64,000 nucleotides of DNA from Paragordius varius (taxonomy: Eukaryota > Animalia > Nematomorpha): contig OZ176053.1 of assembly GCA_964247055.1 (NCBI GenBank), positions 6,138,001 through 6,202,000 on the forward strand, in the 5' to 3' direction. The notes below the pieces were generated by a model that searched no databases, was not told the DNA's origin, and was given only the letters and a program-made list of their open reading frames with translations. A program made the position numbers and the translations under genes. Shown piece by piece: positions 13,601 to 24,983 of this stretch (positions are counted from its first letter, which is position 1; every line of letters starts with the position of its first letter).

Positions 13601-14314
13601 GATAGATTTCATATAAGTGGTCGATCAATACATAATAATTATTTTGATTTTTAGTTGAAAAAGAATACTACAATTGCTATATTCATTGGGGTAAAAGCCG
13701 ATGTGGTGCCAACTCGAGGGATGCTGAAACTATCTATGATGGTATGTTTTATTATTTTTATAAAATAAAACCATTCAGTGCGCATATTCCTTTTGGTTTT
13801 ATCCATAAACTACTATATCAATAATCTTTTTACGACCATTTTAGGATACGTTTCGGGCGGCCATTATTTCTTCTCCGGCTCTGGTTATGATTATCAATGT
13901 CTACCAAGGAATCCAGAATACAAGTTTGTCTTGGATGGATATCAAAGCAAAGCCACCATATACGGAGCCGAATACAGGTTGTATGATGAACATTCTCCAC
14001 TACTTCGTAAAGGCCATAAATTTAATGTGGGTCTTTGTGCTCTGTGCTGTGTACCTCGACCCGATCAATACATGTTCCCAGGGTTTACGCGCTGTCCATC
14101 GGCCTGGACCCTAGAATACCGAGGCTACATCATGTCAGCCAATGAAGAATTGTCACGAGCCACTTATATTTGCGTGGACGAAGATGCCGAATACGAAGCT
14201 AGCTCTACCCCGGGTGATGGGGCCTCCCTATACATCGTTGAAGTTAAGTCTGGCAATTTACCATCGTCCTACAAAGATGGACGTGAATTAGCCTGTGTCG
14301 TATGTACTCATTAA
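7681..14314 (+). CDS. Membrane-anchored collagen with a spongin short-chain collagen (C4-like) NC1 domain, 13 exons, about 805 aa
   Basis: Exons 7681-8049, 9172-9265 (donor uncertain), 9684-9838, 10211-10336, 10658-10783, 11118-11243, 11339-11464, 11674-11799, 12055-12180, 12470-12595, 12949-13309, 13655-13741, 13845-14314 join in frame (2418 nt). Hydrophobic segment [30 protein letters not shown] site, 149 contiguous Gly-X-Y triplets between CKPC and CRNC, then [59 protein letters not shown], which matches the short-chain collagen C4/spongin NC1 pattern. Confidence 0.92.
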
Positions 14315-15146
14315 GGGTGTTAACAATACATATTTTCTTTGCATTTCACATATTTTTTACTTTATCTTTAAGCTATATACACATACAAACGTTATGCCTT
14401 AATTCAAACTGTCACACATTATTAATTTTATATGTTCATATGCATTTTATTTTTCAAGTTAAAAAACGTGGCAATTACCTACATTAATAAACGAAGGTAA
14501 TTGCGCGCATCAAGACGCATTTAATTTAATATTTATGAATATGAGATATTGATAATTACTTATATTTTAGAATCAAAATGCCTTCCTTACCATGATTTTT
14601 GATTATATTGATAGTATTTTTACACCACTTTCTTGATCGTTTAAATGCACACTAGTCAATATTCATAAACAATATTTTATGTATCGTTTGCCGATAATTA
14701 ATTTATCAGACGCATAATATTTTTATATGATTTTTTATAAATGGTGTATGGTATCAATATATGAAATTTTTTAGCAATTAATTAAAGGAAGTAACATCCG
14801 TGCGAAAATTGCGTTTTAATGGGGCGTGATGCGCTAAATAAACCATAAGGCTCCGCATTCCATCTAACGAATTTTGAAATTGCATGATTTTGTTAAAATT
14901 ATTTTTATCTAAACTTAGACATTGTAAAAATGACGGTGCAAGCGATCCAATGTATTACGATCCTTAAAAATGATAAAAAATTCTAATCGTAATTAAAGTC
15001 AAATTAAACAAAATGCAGCAACTCTTGTCGATTTCTTTTAATTATTATACTGATATATATACCAAAAATAGATTGAATAAAATAATCTATATTTTTGTTA
15101 ATGGATATTACACGTAAAAAAACATACATAAACATATGGTTTAAAT

Positions 15147-15464
15147 CAGAGGTGTCCAACACGCGGCCCGCAAGGCCACGTGCGACCATCCTTTTTGTGT
15201 GGCCCGTGAGAAATTCGGAAATCCATAATTTGCAAAAATTATGCTCACAAAATTTTAGTAAAATTGATATTTTCCTTACCAAATTTTTTAAATAAGTTAA
15301 TCCATTTCACAATAATTATATAAAAGTTGTTAGATTGTGATTGTTTGCAGTTTTATGTTTGAAATTATAAAATTTTATTTGTGAATGACCATAAATATTT
15401 TAAATGCGGCCCGCCGGGTTTTTTGAGTCAAAAATGCGCCCGCAAACCAATTTGGATACCCCTG
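15147..15464 (+). mobile_element. Non-autonomous hAT-type MITE (copy 1)
   Basis: Ends CAGAGGTGTCCAAC..GCGGCCCGC and TTTGGATACCCCTG are hAT-like TIRs. Flanks GTTTAAAT and ATTTAAAT match at 7 of 8 positions, as expected for an 8-bp target-site duplication. A related copy lies at 53493-53752. Confidence 0.8.
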
Positions 15465-16287
15465 ATTTAAATGAATGAAAATAACAGAACTCATTAGTTT
15501 AATATTCTTCACTACATAACGGAATTTTTCGATTGATTATTAATAATAAATTATACCTCATTTGTTACCCAATAATACAAATAAATTATAGTTGTTTTCG
15601 TAAAAATAGATGTGTAAATTAATTATTTATCGGTGCTTCAAACAGCACTAAAACCGGTTAACGCGCCGATCTAAATAAATCATTCCACCAAAGAGAACGC
15701 GGTTTGGAATACGGGGCTTTTATGTATTTTAGCATCTAATTATAGAAAATGAATAATGTTTGAGTAAAATTAGACTCACCCATGTACATGGGTTTTACAA
15801 TCAAAATTTAATTATTTCATCAGTTTTGGTTACATAATAATATATCATCAATAAAATTTTCTAACCAAAAAATTCGGTCGATTATCTTTGTGAGTTATAT
15901 GACTCTATATAAATGTGATTAGATAACAAAAAATCGATTAGGGGTGTGCAAAATAGGAAATGATTAATAAGCAACATTATTTTATAATATAAATAAATAC
16001 ATTACTAGTCTCATGTGATAAATATTTTATGTATAATAAAACTTTAAATGAGGTAATGTACATAAACAAAAAAGTTCTAAAAGAGAAATATTATTATATA
16101 ACAATCAATATTAATCCGGAATAATCTAGTATATTGTATAAAAAATTTCCGCTTTCGCAAAAGTAGTCTGATTTATTTTTTATATCGCTGTTTATATGGT
16201 ATCTGTTTTTTGAAGGACTAAATCTAATATCTTTATATAAAAAAATAAATTTGGCAAATGAATCACAAGCTTGACAAATGGTCCTCA

Positions 16288-17268
16288 ATGAACGGAGATT
16301 CCGAATATTATTCCAATAGCAATGAATATCAAACGAACGTATATAATTATCTTATTCAATTGGTTAAACCAAAAGTCAAAATATACGATAACATTTTGGA
16401 TATCGGGAGTGGAGATGGAAAATCAACTTATAATTTTTATCGAACGTTAGTGGATGAAAAGCAGTTCCAAGGCTCTATTGTTGGCCTAGATGCTTTGGAG
16501 AGTATGACACAATATGCTAAAAATATGTATTGCAATACACCTAAAAATTTAGAAAATAACAACAATTCAATGTCTACGGATGAAATACAATCTTCACCAC
16601 AATTAGTATTCGTTAATGCCGATATAGGGTGCACAGATTTTGAAAAATCTATTTCGAGGCGTTTATCCAGTGAGGACCTTCCAATTGTGTTTGATCACAT
16701 TATTTCATGTTGTTGTATCCATTGGGTGGGTGATCAAAACACTTGTTTTCAAAACATCAAACGCCTGCTTAAGCCTTCTCCCTCTATGACTGAAAATAAT
16801 GGCGCCAAAAAAGAAGCTACATTAGACTTTATGCATGGACTTTGCGTGATGCCCGCCCTTAATTATGCCACTCAAAAAATTATTGATGAATGGGAAAATC
16901 CTGATCACATTGATCGATTAAAGAATTTGTACAATGCCAATTTACTTCCTTGGCACAGGGCTTGGATGTTAAAACAGGATCCTATCGCAGCTTACCGACA
17001 ATTCATGGTGAATGCCGGATTTGATGACGAAAAAATTGTTATACAAGAGCTCCCAAATCATCTGTTACATTACAATTTTGGTTCCATGGATAAATTAAAA
17101 AGTTTTGTAAGGGGGTGTTTCCCTGATGTCTTTCCACCCGGTATGTCGGAAGAAGACAAAAGCGCATTTTTTAAAACATTCGCTGATTATATGGGCGAAA
17201 AGAATAAGGAAATAGATGGATGTCCTTTTACAATGTATATCCCTATAATGCATATTCATTATAGCTAA
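16288..17268 (+). CDS. Intronless class I SAM-dependent methyltransferase, JHAMT-like (paralog 1)
   Basis: Single 336-aa ORF from 16258; the in-frame ATG at 16288 (MNGDSEYYSNSNEYQ) aligns with the starts of the two paralogs. Contains motif I LDIGSGDG, GLD, ADI and FDHIISCCCIHWV. Confidence 0.88.
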   Translation: MNGDSEYYSNSNEYQTNVYNYLIQLVKPKVKIYDNILDIGSGDGKSTYNFYRTLVDEKQFQGSIVGLDALESMTQYAKNMYCNTPKNLENNNNSMSTDEIQSSPQLVFVNADIGCTDFEKSISRRLSSEDLPIVFDHIISCCCIHWVGDQNTCFQNIKRLLKPSPSMTENNGAKKEATLDFMHGLCVMPALNYATQKIIDEWENPDHIDRLKNLYNANLLPWHRAWMLKQDPIAAYRQFMVNAGFDDEKIVIQELPNHLLHYNFGSMDKLKSFVRGCFPDVFPPGMSEEDKSAFFKTFADYMGEKNKEIDGCPFTMYIPIMHIHYS

Positions 17269-17997
17269 ACAATATTGTTTGATATTATGGGAAAATAAAT
17301 TTATAATATATATTTTCGGCGTTGATATACTTTACACAATGTTTGTAATACCTATAACACAAGAATAATGGTTAAATTTTTTATATCGATTTTCATACAC
17401 GAACAGATAAATTCTTGAATCTTTTCTAAATTTCCCATATTTTTTTTAAATTAAAGACATAATTGTTCCATATTTGCAATGATTATGTTTATAATACTTT
17501 ATTGGGTTTTGGGAAGGCTATTTAAGTTGGGTACAAATATGAAGATAATAGATACTCGTCATTCTGCTCTTAATTTTTATATTCCGAAGTTTAATTGATT
17601 TTGGTTCCATGTGCGATGTGCAAGTTGGACAATGTTGTATGATTACACTAACATGTATATATATCATCCAATTGTGATTATATTTATGTATCATATCATT
17701 AAAATTTTCCCAAGTACCGCAATGAATATTAAAAGATGGATGTTTTACACAGTTGTTAATTCGTTCATTCTTACCATATCAAAGTTTTCATTGGGGTACA
17801 CAAGGGTTCAATATTGATTACTTTAACATCGGTCAGACCTGATATAAGCTCAATAAAAACTTTTAGAGCTTGTAAAGTTTCACATTGCCTATCACTTATG
17901 CATTAGTGATTAGAGAAAAAAGAAAAATAAGGCTTCCTTAGTTACAAGAATGAGAAAGTTTAGTTGGATAACATTAGTTAAATGCTGACAATTTTAT

Positions 17998-18000
<3 letters not shown>

Positions 18001-18036
<36 letters not shown>
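18001..18036. repeat. (TA)n microsatellite
   Basis: Pure TA dinucleotide run. Confidence 0.95.
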
Positions 18037-18041
<5 letters not shown>

Positions 18042-19699
18042 GACACAAATGTATATTTGGCTTTGAAGGCATTTTCCGCATAACTAGTAAGCCCTTTCAA
18101 AGTAAAATATATATTTTTCTTCCTAATCGCCTTTAAAGTCATGCCGCCATAATCTAGGGCCCTGAAGCCCTACCTCGTATAAAAATAGGGAAACAAGTCC
18201 AAAAAAATTATGTCTTTTAGCAATTTTCCGAATGGCATTATTTTTACTGCTTTATATATAAATTTTGTAAAAACACGGAATAAAAATCTAGCTTTCCCTT
18301 ATTACACTCTTTTTTTGGACAACCTTAAAGGTTAAACAGCTGTAATGGTATCAAGGTGTATCAAGAAAAGGGTGTAGCAGACCCACGTCGCCACTGTCCA
18401 CAAAAGACGTCCCTTGCTGCCCTTCCATACACCAGTCAATGGTGGTTCAGTGACAGCCGTCTAATTGCGTCGGGGGTCGGGTTGACTTCTAGGGATATAA
18501 TGATAAGTTTATATAAAGATATGTATGAAATAAAATGAAGATATATTTGGCATTTACAGGTAAAATAAATCCAATCGACTATATCCTATATATTCATACT
18601 AATGTTTAATAGATTTAATATTCTTTAAAATATAACGTATGGATATTCTAGCTTAATTCAACCGAAGCATATTTATTATACTGTAACAGTATTTATATCT
18701 TGTTTAATACGATTTTATAAACCAATATTTAACTTTGCTAGTGGTATGTATTTCCGTTTTTAATCCATGTTTTTTTTATAGTCTATAAATTCCAGTTGGT
18801 ATTCATAAAGTGTCTGATATTTAAATCAATTTTTCTCCTTTTATATGTAAATCTAACATTTATAGACCAATAAATTGGTATCAATATTTTATTTATGAAT
18901 GCGCAGATAACTATCAAACATCCATTGAATTTACTTCTAACCGAATACAATTTATGGTATCAAAAATTAAACGATAATAGTTGAGGTAACATGTTGAGAT
19001 TTAGCAATTATAGTTGATAGATGTTTCAAACAACTCATAGTTCCAAATTATTAAATTTATATTTCTATTAAATTTTCTTATTTATTTTATGTTAGTTTTT
19101 GTAACTGTTGATATGGATTTAAAAAAATCAGAAAATTTATTCAAAACTTTATTGTATGAATGATCAATTTTTAAATTTATTTAACCAAAATAATGTAAAA
19201 TACATTGTGATAATTATGAGAAAATAGATTATGCTCTTGATGGGGTTTCGATACATTTTTTCCAGAACGGATATCATTAAGATACTTTTTACTCGCTATT
19301 CACCTGATTATGCGACATATGATTTTATGTATAATATTTTATGTATTATTCACACTTCATAAATATCAATTCGCTTTAATTTTAGAGAGTTTGTTAGCAT
19401 AAAAATTATTTCTATATTTAACCAAAATTCACAAATATTGACATATATTTTTTAATGTAATCACGAAATATATTTTTATTCGTAATGTAAATTTAACATA
19501 GAAAGCCATTCATTCTTTATATTACATATATGGAGGTTCGTTTAATAAACATAGTTTATAATTAAAAAATACACTGTGAATTTTTAAATTGGTTATCAAT
19601 TAATTATATACTCACCCCACTGATTGAAATAATCTAAACCGCATTACACAAATGGAATTTATTTAAGAATTGTATTAATTTCACATTGTTTGGAATGTC

Positions 19700-19915
19700 C
19701 ATTTACCAAACTACTCCGGCCATATAATAATCTTTTTATATGTTAAAGGTAATCTCTACACTTAAAAGAGGCCAAAGAAAGCTTCATGGATGGATAATAT
19801 TCTAAAAGAAACCAATAAACTTTAACAGAAATCTATACCAAAACTAAAACTCGCACTTTATGGAGAAGTTTTATCTAAAAATTGCAAAAATCCGACATCG
19901 GCTGCAACACTCCAT
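19700..19915 (+). mobile_element. Degenerate 3' fragment of an RTE-clade LINE
   Basis: Broken frames give YSGHII, KRGQRK, WMDNILKET and KTRTLWR, resembling the RTE ORF C-terminus pattern (YFGHI..R, RGRP..W.D.I, DR..WR). Confidence 0.55.
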
Positions 19916-20092
19916 CCTGATTTTAATTGAGTTCGGTACACATCTCTAATTAATTGCATTGTATTTTATTGAATGAGAAGAAATGAAAAATTATTTAGGA
20001 ATATTATTGAACATAAATTGGGCGATTGTGATGACAACTTTTTGAATGTTTATTTTATTAATTCTTAGCATAAACAACAAATAATCAATGTC

Positions 20093-21073
20093 CTAATAGG
20101 TTATCCCATTTGTTACGGTTTGCTGCGCTGTATTGTTGTAATGAAATAGGGGTATGTAAGGATGTTCGCCTTTTTTAGCAGTTTCGGCTAGCGATTCCAT
20201 AGTATATTGAGCGAATTCTGTAAAAAAGGTTTTAGACAGCTCATTCGTTGGGTCCATTAATTCATAGGGCAAAACTTTCGGGAAACTTACTTTCAGGAAT
20301 AAGGCCAATTCTTCTATCCTTTTCCATGGATAATTTATATCTGCAGCTTGTACTGATATACCGTGATAATTAAAGCCAGCTTTAACCATTAATAGTTTAT
20401 AATATTCTGTCGGGTTGGGTTCATGCATCCATTCTCTCCGCCATGGGAGTTTATTTTGCTCATGTTTCTCTTTTAACTTCTCTGTATAAGGATTCCACTT
20501 TGGATCACGCAAAATTTTTTGACAAGCATCATCGGCAGCATTTGTTTCAATGTAAAATAAAAGATTTACACTGTTTATGTGTTGAGTGGTAGTATTTGTA
20601 TTTATATTTAAGAGGTTGTATAAATTTGATAGCGCCATGTGTTGATCATTTATCCAATGCATACAAAATGCTGAAACGATATGATCAACTTTTGGATTAT
20701 TTGAATGTAGTGCAACCTTTAATTTATCCTTTATTTCTTGGAGTGGTTTACTAATATCACATACGAGAAAGTTTAAACTAGGTCCACTGTTATCATAACT
20801 TACGTCATTGTGTTTATCATGCGTGGCAAATTTTTTTATGGCATATGCTATCATAGTTGGTTCAATATCCATGCCAATTATCATACCTTTAAAATTGAGT
20901 TTTTCAACAAGTGTTGCGTAAAGTGAATACGTACACCTACCATCACCACATCCAACATCCAGGATTATATCTAATGGACCAACATAATTTACAACGTTTG
21001 GTATGATAGTGTTTTTGTATATTTCAAATTGGAATTGATTAAATTTAGCGTAATCTTCGGCGTTGGCATTCAT
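20093..21073 (-). CDS. Intronless class I SAM-dependent methyltransferase, JHAMT-like (paralog 2)
   Basis: 326-aa single ORF with MNANAEDYAKFNQFQ, LDVGCGDG, GMD, CDI, DHIVSAFCMHWI and LPWRREWM; collinear with the other two paralogs. Confidence 0.9.
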   Translation of the reverse strand: MNANAEDYAKFNQFQFEIYKNTIIPNVVNYVGPLDIILDVGCGDGRCTYSLYATLVEKLNFKGMIIGMDIEPTMIAYAIKKFATHDKHNDVSYDNSGPSLNFLVCDISKPLQEIKDKLKVALHSNNPKVDHIVSAFCMHWINDQHMALSNLYNLLNINTNTTTQHINSVNLLFYIETNAADDACQKILRDPKWNPYTEKLKEKHEQNKLPWRREWMHEPNPTEYYKLLMVKAGFNYHGISVQAADINYPWKRIEELALFLKVSFPKVLPYELMDPTNELSKTFFTEFAQYTMESLAETAKKGEHPYIPLFHYNNTAQQTVTNGITY

Positions 21074-21899
21074 TTTTTATCATATAATAATTTTTAGCTA
21101 ACAATCCAGTTAATACAGAATGATAAAATAAAATAGGTTAAATATTGTAAACAGATTCTTGCTTTATGTATTTTATTTAGCCGTAAACCTGCCTCTAATT
21201 TGGCAAAAAAAGAGGTAAAAAAATTTTGGCATATAAACTAATTTGATTACTATTATTAATATTATATACGTTAATTTTTAGCTTTTCCTTGAATATTTTT
21301 TAAAAAAATATTAACCAAAGCATAATAATTTTTAAGTTTAGCTTTGGATATTAGTGGATAATTGTCATTTAAGTAGTAATAATAAAGATAAATGCACGGT
21401 GGCAGTCAGAGATGTCATTTTACAACCTAATAACTGGTATTATTCATGGTTTTAATAATGTTGGTAAATAAATAATACAGAAATACCAATTTTTTGACTA
21501 ACGTAAATAGAAGGTATTAATTTTTTTTATTGAGTTACTGTTTATTACTGAATAATAATGAATGCTAAACAATATTTTTTTAATCAATTGAAAATTACCT
21601 TAACCAAGGATTATTTTATTCAACAGGTCCAGACTGTGTTAAAACCGACCTAGTCAATTAAAAAATATTTTTTAATAATGATTAACCAACACGGTATATT
21701 TTGGTTATCATGCATCGTATCGGATAAATATTCCTTATATTTCTAAAGATTCCTAAGACTCTTGATTTTACTAAATTTGAGTGCATTATTACTAAACAGT
21801 TTGACATTTTATAAGTAAAAGATATATTACTTAGCAAAAATTCATTTTAATAACTTACATAAATATATTAACTGAAAACAAATGTTTCAATCCTACAAG

Positions 21900-23100
21900 A
21901 CGACTGGGTCAAATCGTATCACTTACCGTTCTAAAAGGCAATCTCTGTCAGAACTATAGAATAATTGCGGTCACCAACAAACTATAATAACTCCACCTCA
22001 AGATAATACTAAAACGAATTTCATCCACACATTATGAAATTTCTGATGTAAAAGTTGACTTAGATTAAAGCGAAACACTACAAATCATACAGTTACTATT
22101 AATACTATAATTCAGAGATACAACAAAATTGGAAAAAGTTTGTAGTTTTTTGGACTTCAGTATGGCATTCGACAGAGTACACCACGACTGTCTATGGAAG
22201 ATTTTACAATCTTCCGGAGTTTCCTCCCATTTGTTGAACTCGTTGTAAGCAAACAGCTGCCATCAAAGCACAATACGGTCCCACCAAGTGGTTCCCTATC
22301 CTCAGAGTGTGAGACAAGGATGTGTCCTTTCTCCCCTCCTCAACACACGGAAATTTAAATGCGCAAATTTCCTCACCATATTGGAGCGCTAATCGGAGTT
22401 CTTACTATTTGCGATCTCCAGTACCGACAACACGGTTCTATTGACAGAATCACATCGAACATGATTTATCTCTTAAATAGACTTACCGTCAATGCAAGAA
22501 GCTAATCCCATCTAAATCTAAATAATGATCCTCAACGCCCCCAGTTCCTTTATCACTTTATCGACTTAGCTGATCCAAATATTTAGTTTCCTAATTGCAT
22601 ATGACGGCAGTTCAGATCCAGACATCTGAGCACGGCTTGGATTAGGGCGTGCTACCATGGGCTATGATTCGGAACTTTTTGGTAATAATAGTTTCAAGAT
22701 TAGCCATCCTTAAGGCGATGGTTCTCATCGGGATTTACGGATTGAAATCATGGGGGTGTCTACCGACAAGCCCGCATCAACTCAAATGTGTGCTTCCGGA
22801 AAATTTTGGGCATCTCCTGGAAATGTTTCTTAGTCATTAATAGTTAACTTCATCAAACCTGAATTCTTGCTTTACGATCTGATATCTACAAACAATTAAA
22901 ATATTTCGATATTCTACGATCCGATTCCATAATCTCCTTGGGTTGGTCAATGTACCCGCAAAAAAAGCCACATCCAAACGATCAGTTACAAACCTTACCC
23001 TTTCCCAAATAATTTAAAAATTCTTAAGATCTTCTGGCGTGGATAATGCTTATTTATGAGAAAGCTAAGCGTCGCTATTCGACTAGCTTCTAACACACAG
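21900..23100 (+). mobile_element. Decayed RTE-clade non-LTR retrotransposon, reverse-transcriptase region
   Basis: Frameshifted pieces CQNYRIIAV, FLDFSMAFDRVHHDCLWKILQSSGV (from about 22147), SVRQGCVLSPLLN (from about 22306) and SSDPDI*ARLGLGRATM correspond to LINE RT motifs. The boundaries are approximate. Confidence 0.85.
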
Positions 23101-23292
23101 TAATGCCAAACTTATTCAACTTTAAGCGATTTCCTGAGCAATTAATGCATATGCTTCGATAACATATTATTGTAATTTATTTATTAAAAAAATAATTATA
23201 TTAAATGGAATTTTAGAGACAAATAATGAGAAAGACTGTTTGTACACAAAATTATCAAATGTATAACTATCAGTGAAATTTTGTCATACATA

Positions 23293-24312
23293 TTACATTG
23301 ATATCTCATAATGAAATATTGGTAGGTAGGCTTGATCAATATCAATAGCACCATTTTCAGCGTCCATTTTGCTTTTAAAGTCTATCATATACTGTGCAAA
23401 CTCAGTAAAAAATTTATCTGATTTTCCACCAGGTTCGTAGAGATCATCAGATAACGTATTGGAGAGAGATGATTTCATAAGATTTGCTCTTTCATCTAAT
23501 GTTTTAGCTTCTTTAGCAGCAAGGTCCGGTATTTTGCGTACAGAAATGCCTTGTGGTTTAAATCCAGATTGTACCATAATTGCTATGTAAGAGTCTATTG
23601 GATTAGATTGGCACATCCATTCTCTACGCCAAGAAATTTGATAGGAGTTATAACGTCTTCTAAGTATGGCGGTATAAGGGATCCATTCGGGATTGGCTAA
23701 AATCTTTTGACAGGCATAATCAACGATAGGAAGTTTGTCAGGGAACAAAAGATCCATGGTACTTACTTTTTTAGCCTTTGTATTTGAGCAAGGCGTTAGA
23801 ACAGAATCGTTCGATAACAATTTGCACATGTTAACTAAAGCTTGTTCTTGCTTAACTATCCAATGCATGCAAAAGCTGGAAATTATATGGTTAACCCGTT
23901 TACCTTTTAGCATGTGAAGTTTTGCTTCAACTTCTTCAAAATCAGCACTGATATCACATAAGATAAAAACGAGTCTAGGTCCTTTCAATTCTTCCTCCGT
24001 TTCTAATAAATTTACTTCTCCTTTTTGTAATTGCGACGGCTTGTTTAAAGTGTTAGGCTGAGAAGCGAAATGCTTTGTAGCATAATCTATCATAGCTGGA
24101 TCATTGTCCAACCCTATAATCATTCCTTGAAAATTTTTTTCTTCTATTAATTTGGAATACAGAGCATGGGAACATGCGCCTTCCCCGCATCCGACATCCA
24201 AAACTATATCTTGCTTTTCAATGCTTGGAAATACCGTGGGGATAAAGTATTCACGAAAAATATTATGCTGATAAGTGTTATATTTAGCATACTCTTCAGC
24301 GTTGGAATTCAT
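23293..24312 (-). CDS. Intronless class I SAM-dependent methyltransferase, JHAMT-like (paralog 3)
   Basis: 339-aa single ORF with MNSNAEEYAKYNTYQ, LDVGCGEG, GLD, CDI, NHIISSFCMHWI and ISWRREWM. Confidence 0.9.
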   Translation of the reverse strand: MNSNAEEYAKYNTYQHNIFREYFIPTVFPSIEKQDIVLDVGCGEGACSHALYSKLIEEKNFQGMIIGLDNDPAMIDYATKHFASQPNTLNKPSQLQKGEVNLLETEEELKGPRLVFILCDISADFEEVEAKLHMLKGKRVNHIISSFCMHWIVKQEQALVNMCKLLSNDSVLTPCSNTKAKKVSTMDLLFPDKLPIVDYACQKILANPEWIPYTAILRRRYNSYQISWRREWMCQSNPIDSYIAIMVQSGFKPQGISVRKIPDLAAKEAKTLDERANLMKSSLSNTLSDDLYEPGGKSDKFFTEFAQYMIDFKSKMDAENGAIDIDQAYLPIFHYEISM

Positions 24313-24983
24313 AAGATTGATTTAAAATTTAATATAAAAATTTTTATTTAAAAATATTTATCAACTATGGACAACATATAGATTTGGCTCTTTGACACCA
24401 TAATATTTGTGTATATAGTAGATAATCTTTTTGGAAAAAAAATTATTATTTTGTAAAATGTCATCTTTTTAGTTTTTATGGCCAAAAAATAAGCCATATA
24501 AAATAAAAAAAGTGGTAATTGGAACTCTATCTGATGTGTATAATCTCTTATGGTTTATCATTCACTCTTATTGTCGTTGACATTATATAGACAAAAGTGA
24601 TATGAATGCTAAACTAATCCTAAAATAAGTATCAACTGAAGAATAAGTTATTTATGATGAACATTGTTTTTGAATTAATTACCAAGATAAATTTTCCACA
24701 ACTCTCATTCGCTTAACAGTTTGAAAACTTATAGTTTCAAAATTATATAAAAGACTAAATCGGATCTATTAATATAAAAAATCACGCACCATTACTAAAT
24801 TATTAGTAATAACGCGTTTAAAAATTTTATTAAGTGTAAATCTTGCATATAATAATATGTAATATTTGAAAGTATTGCATTTAATGACCAAAAAGAGCAA
24901 TCAATATTAAATTTAAACTGAAATTACTGTGTTATATTTTATACCATGCGCCGGCAATTTTAATACCTTAATGGTAATTAAAA

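Noticed and set aside
16258-24312. Methyltransferase cluster as bacterial contamination or a chimeric contig
   Set aside because: The ORFs share the host's AT bias and polar insertions, are separated by kilobases of AT-rich DNA containing animal LINE relics and a (TA)n tract, and show no operon-like packing. Ancient horizontal transfer is not excluded.
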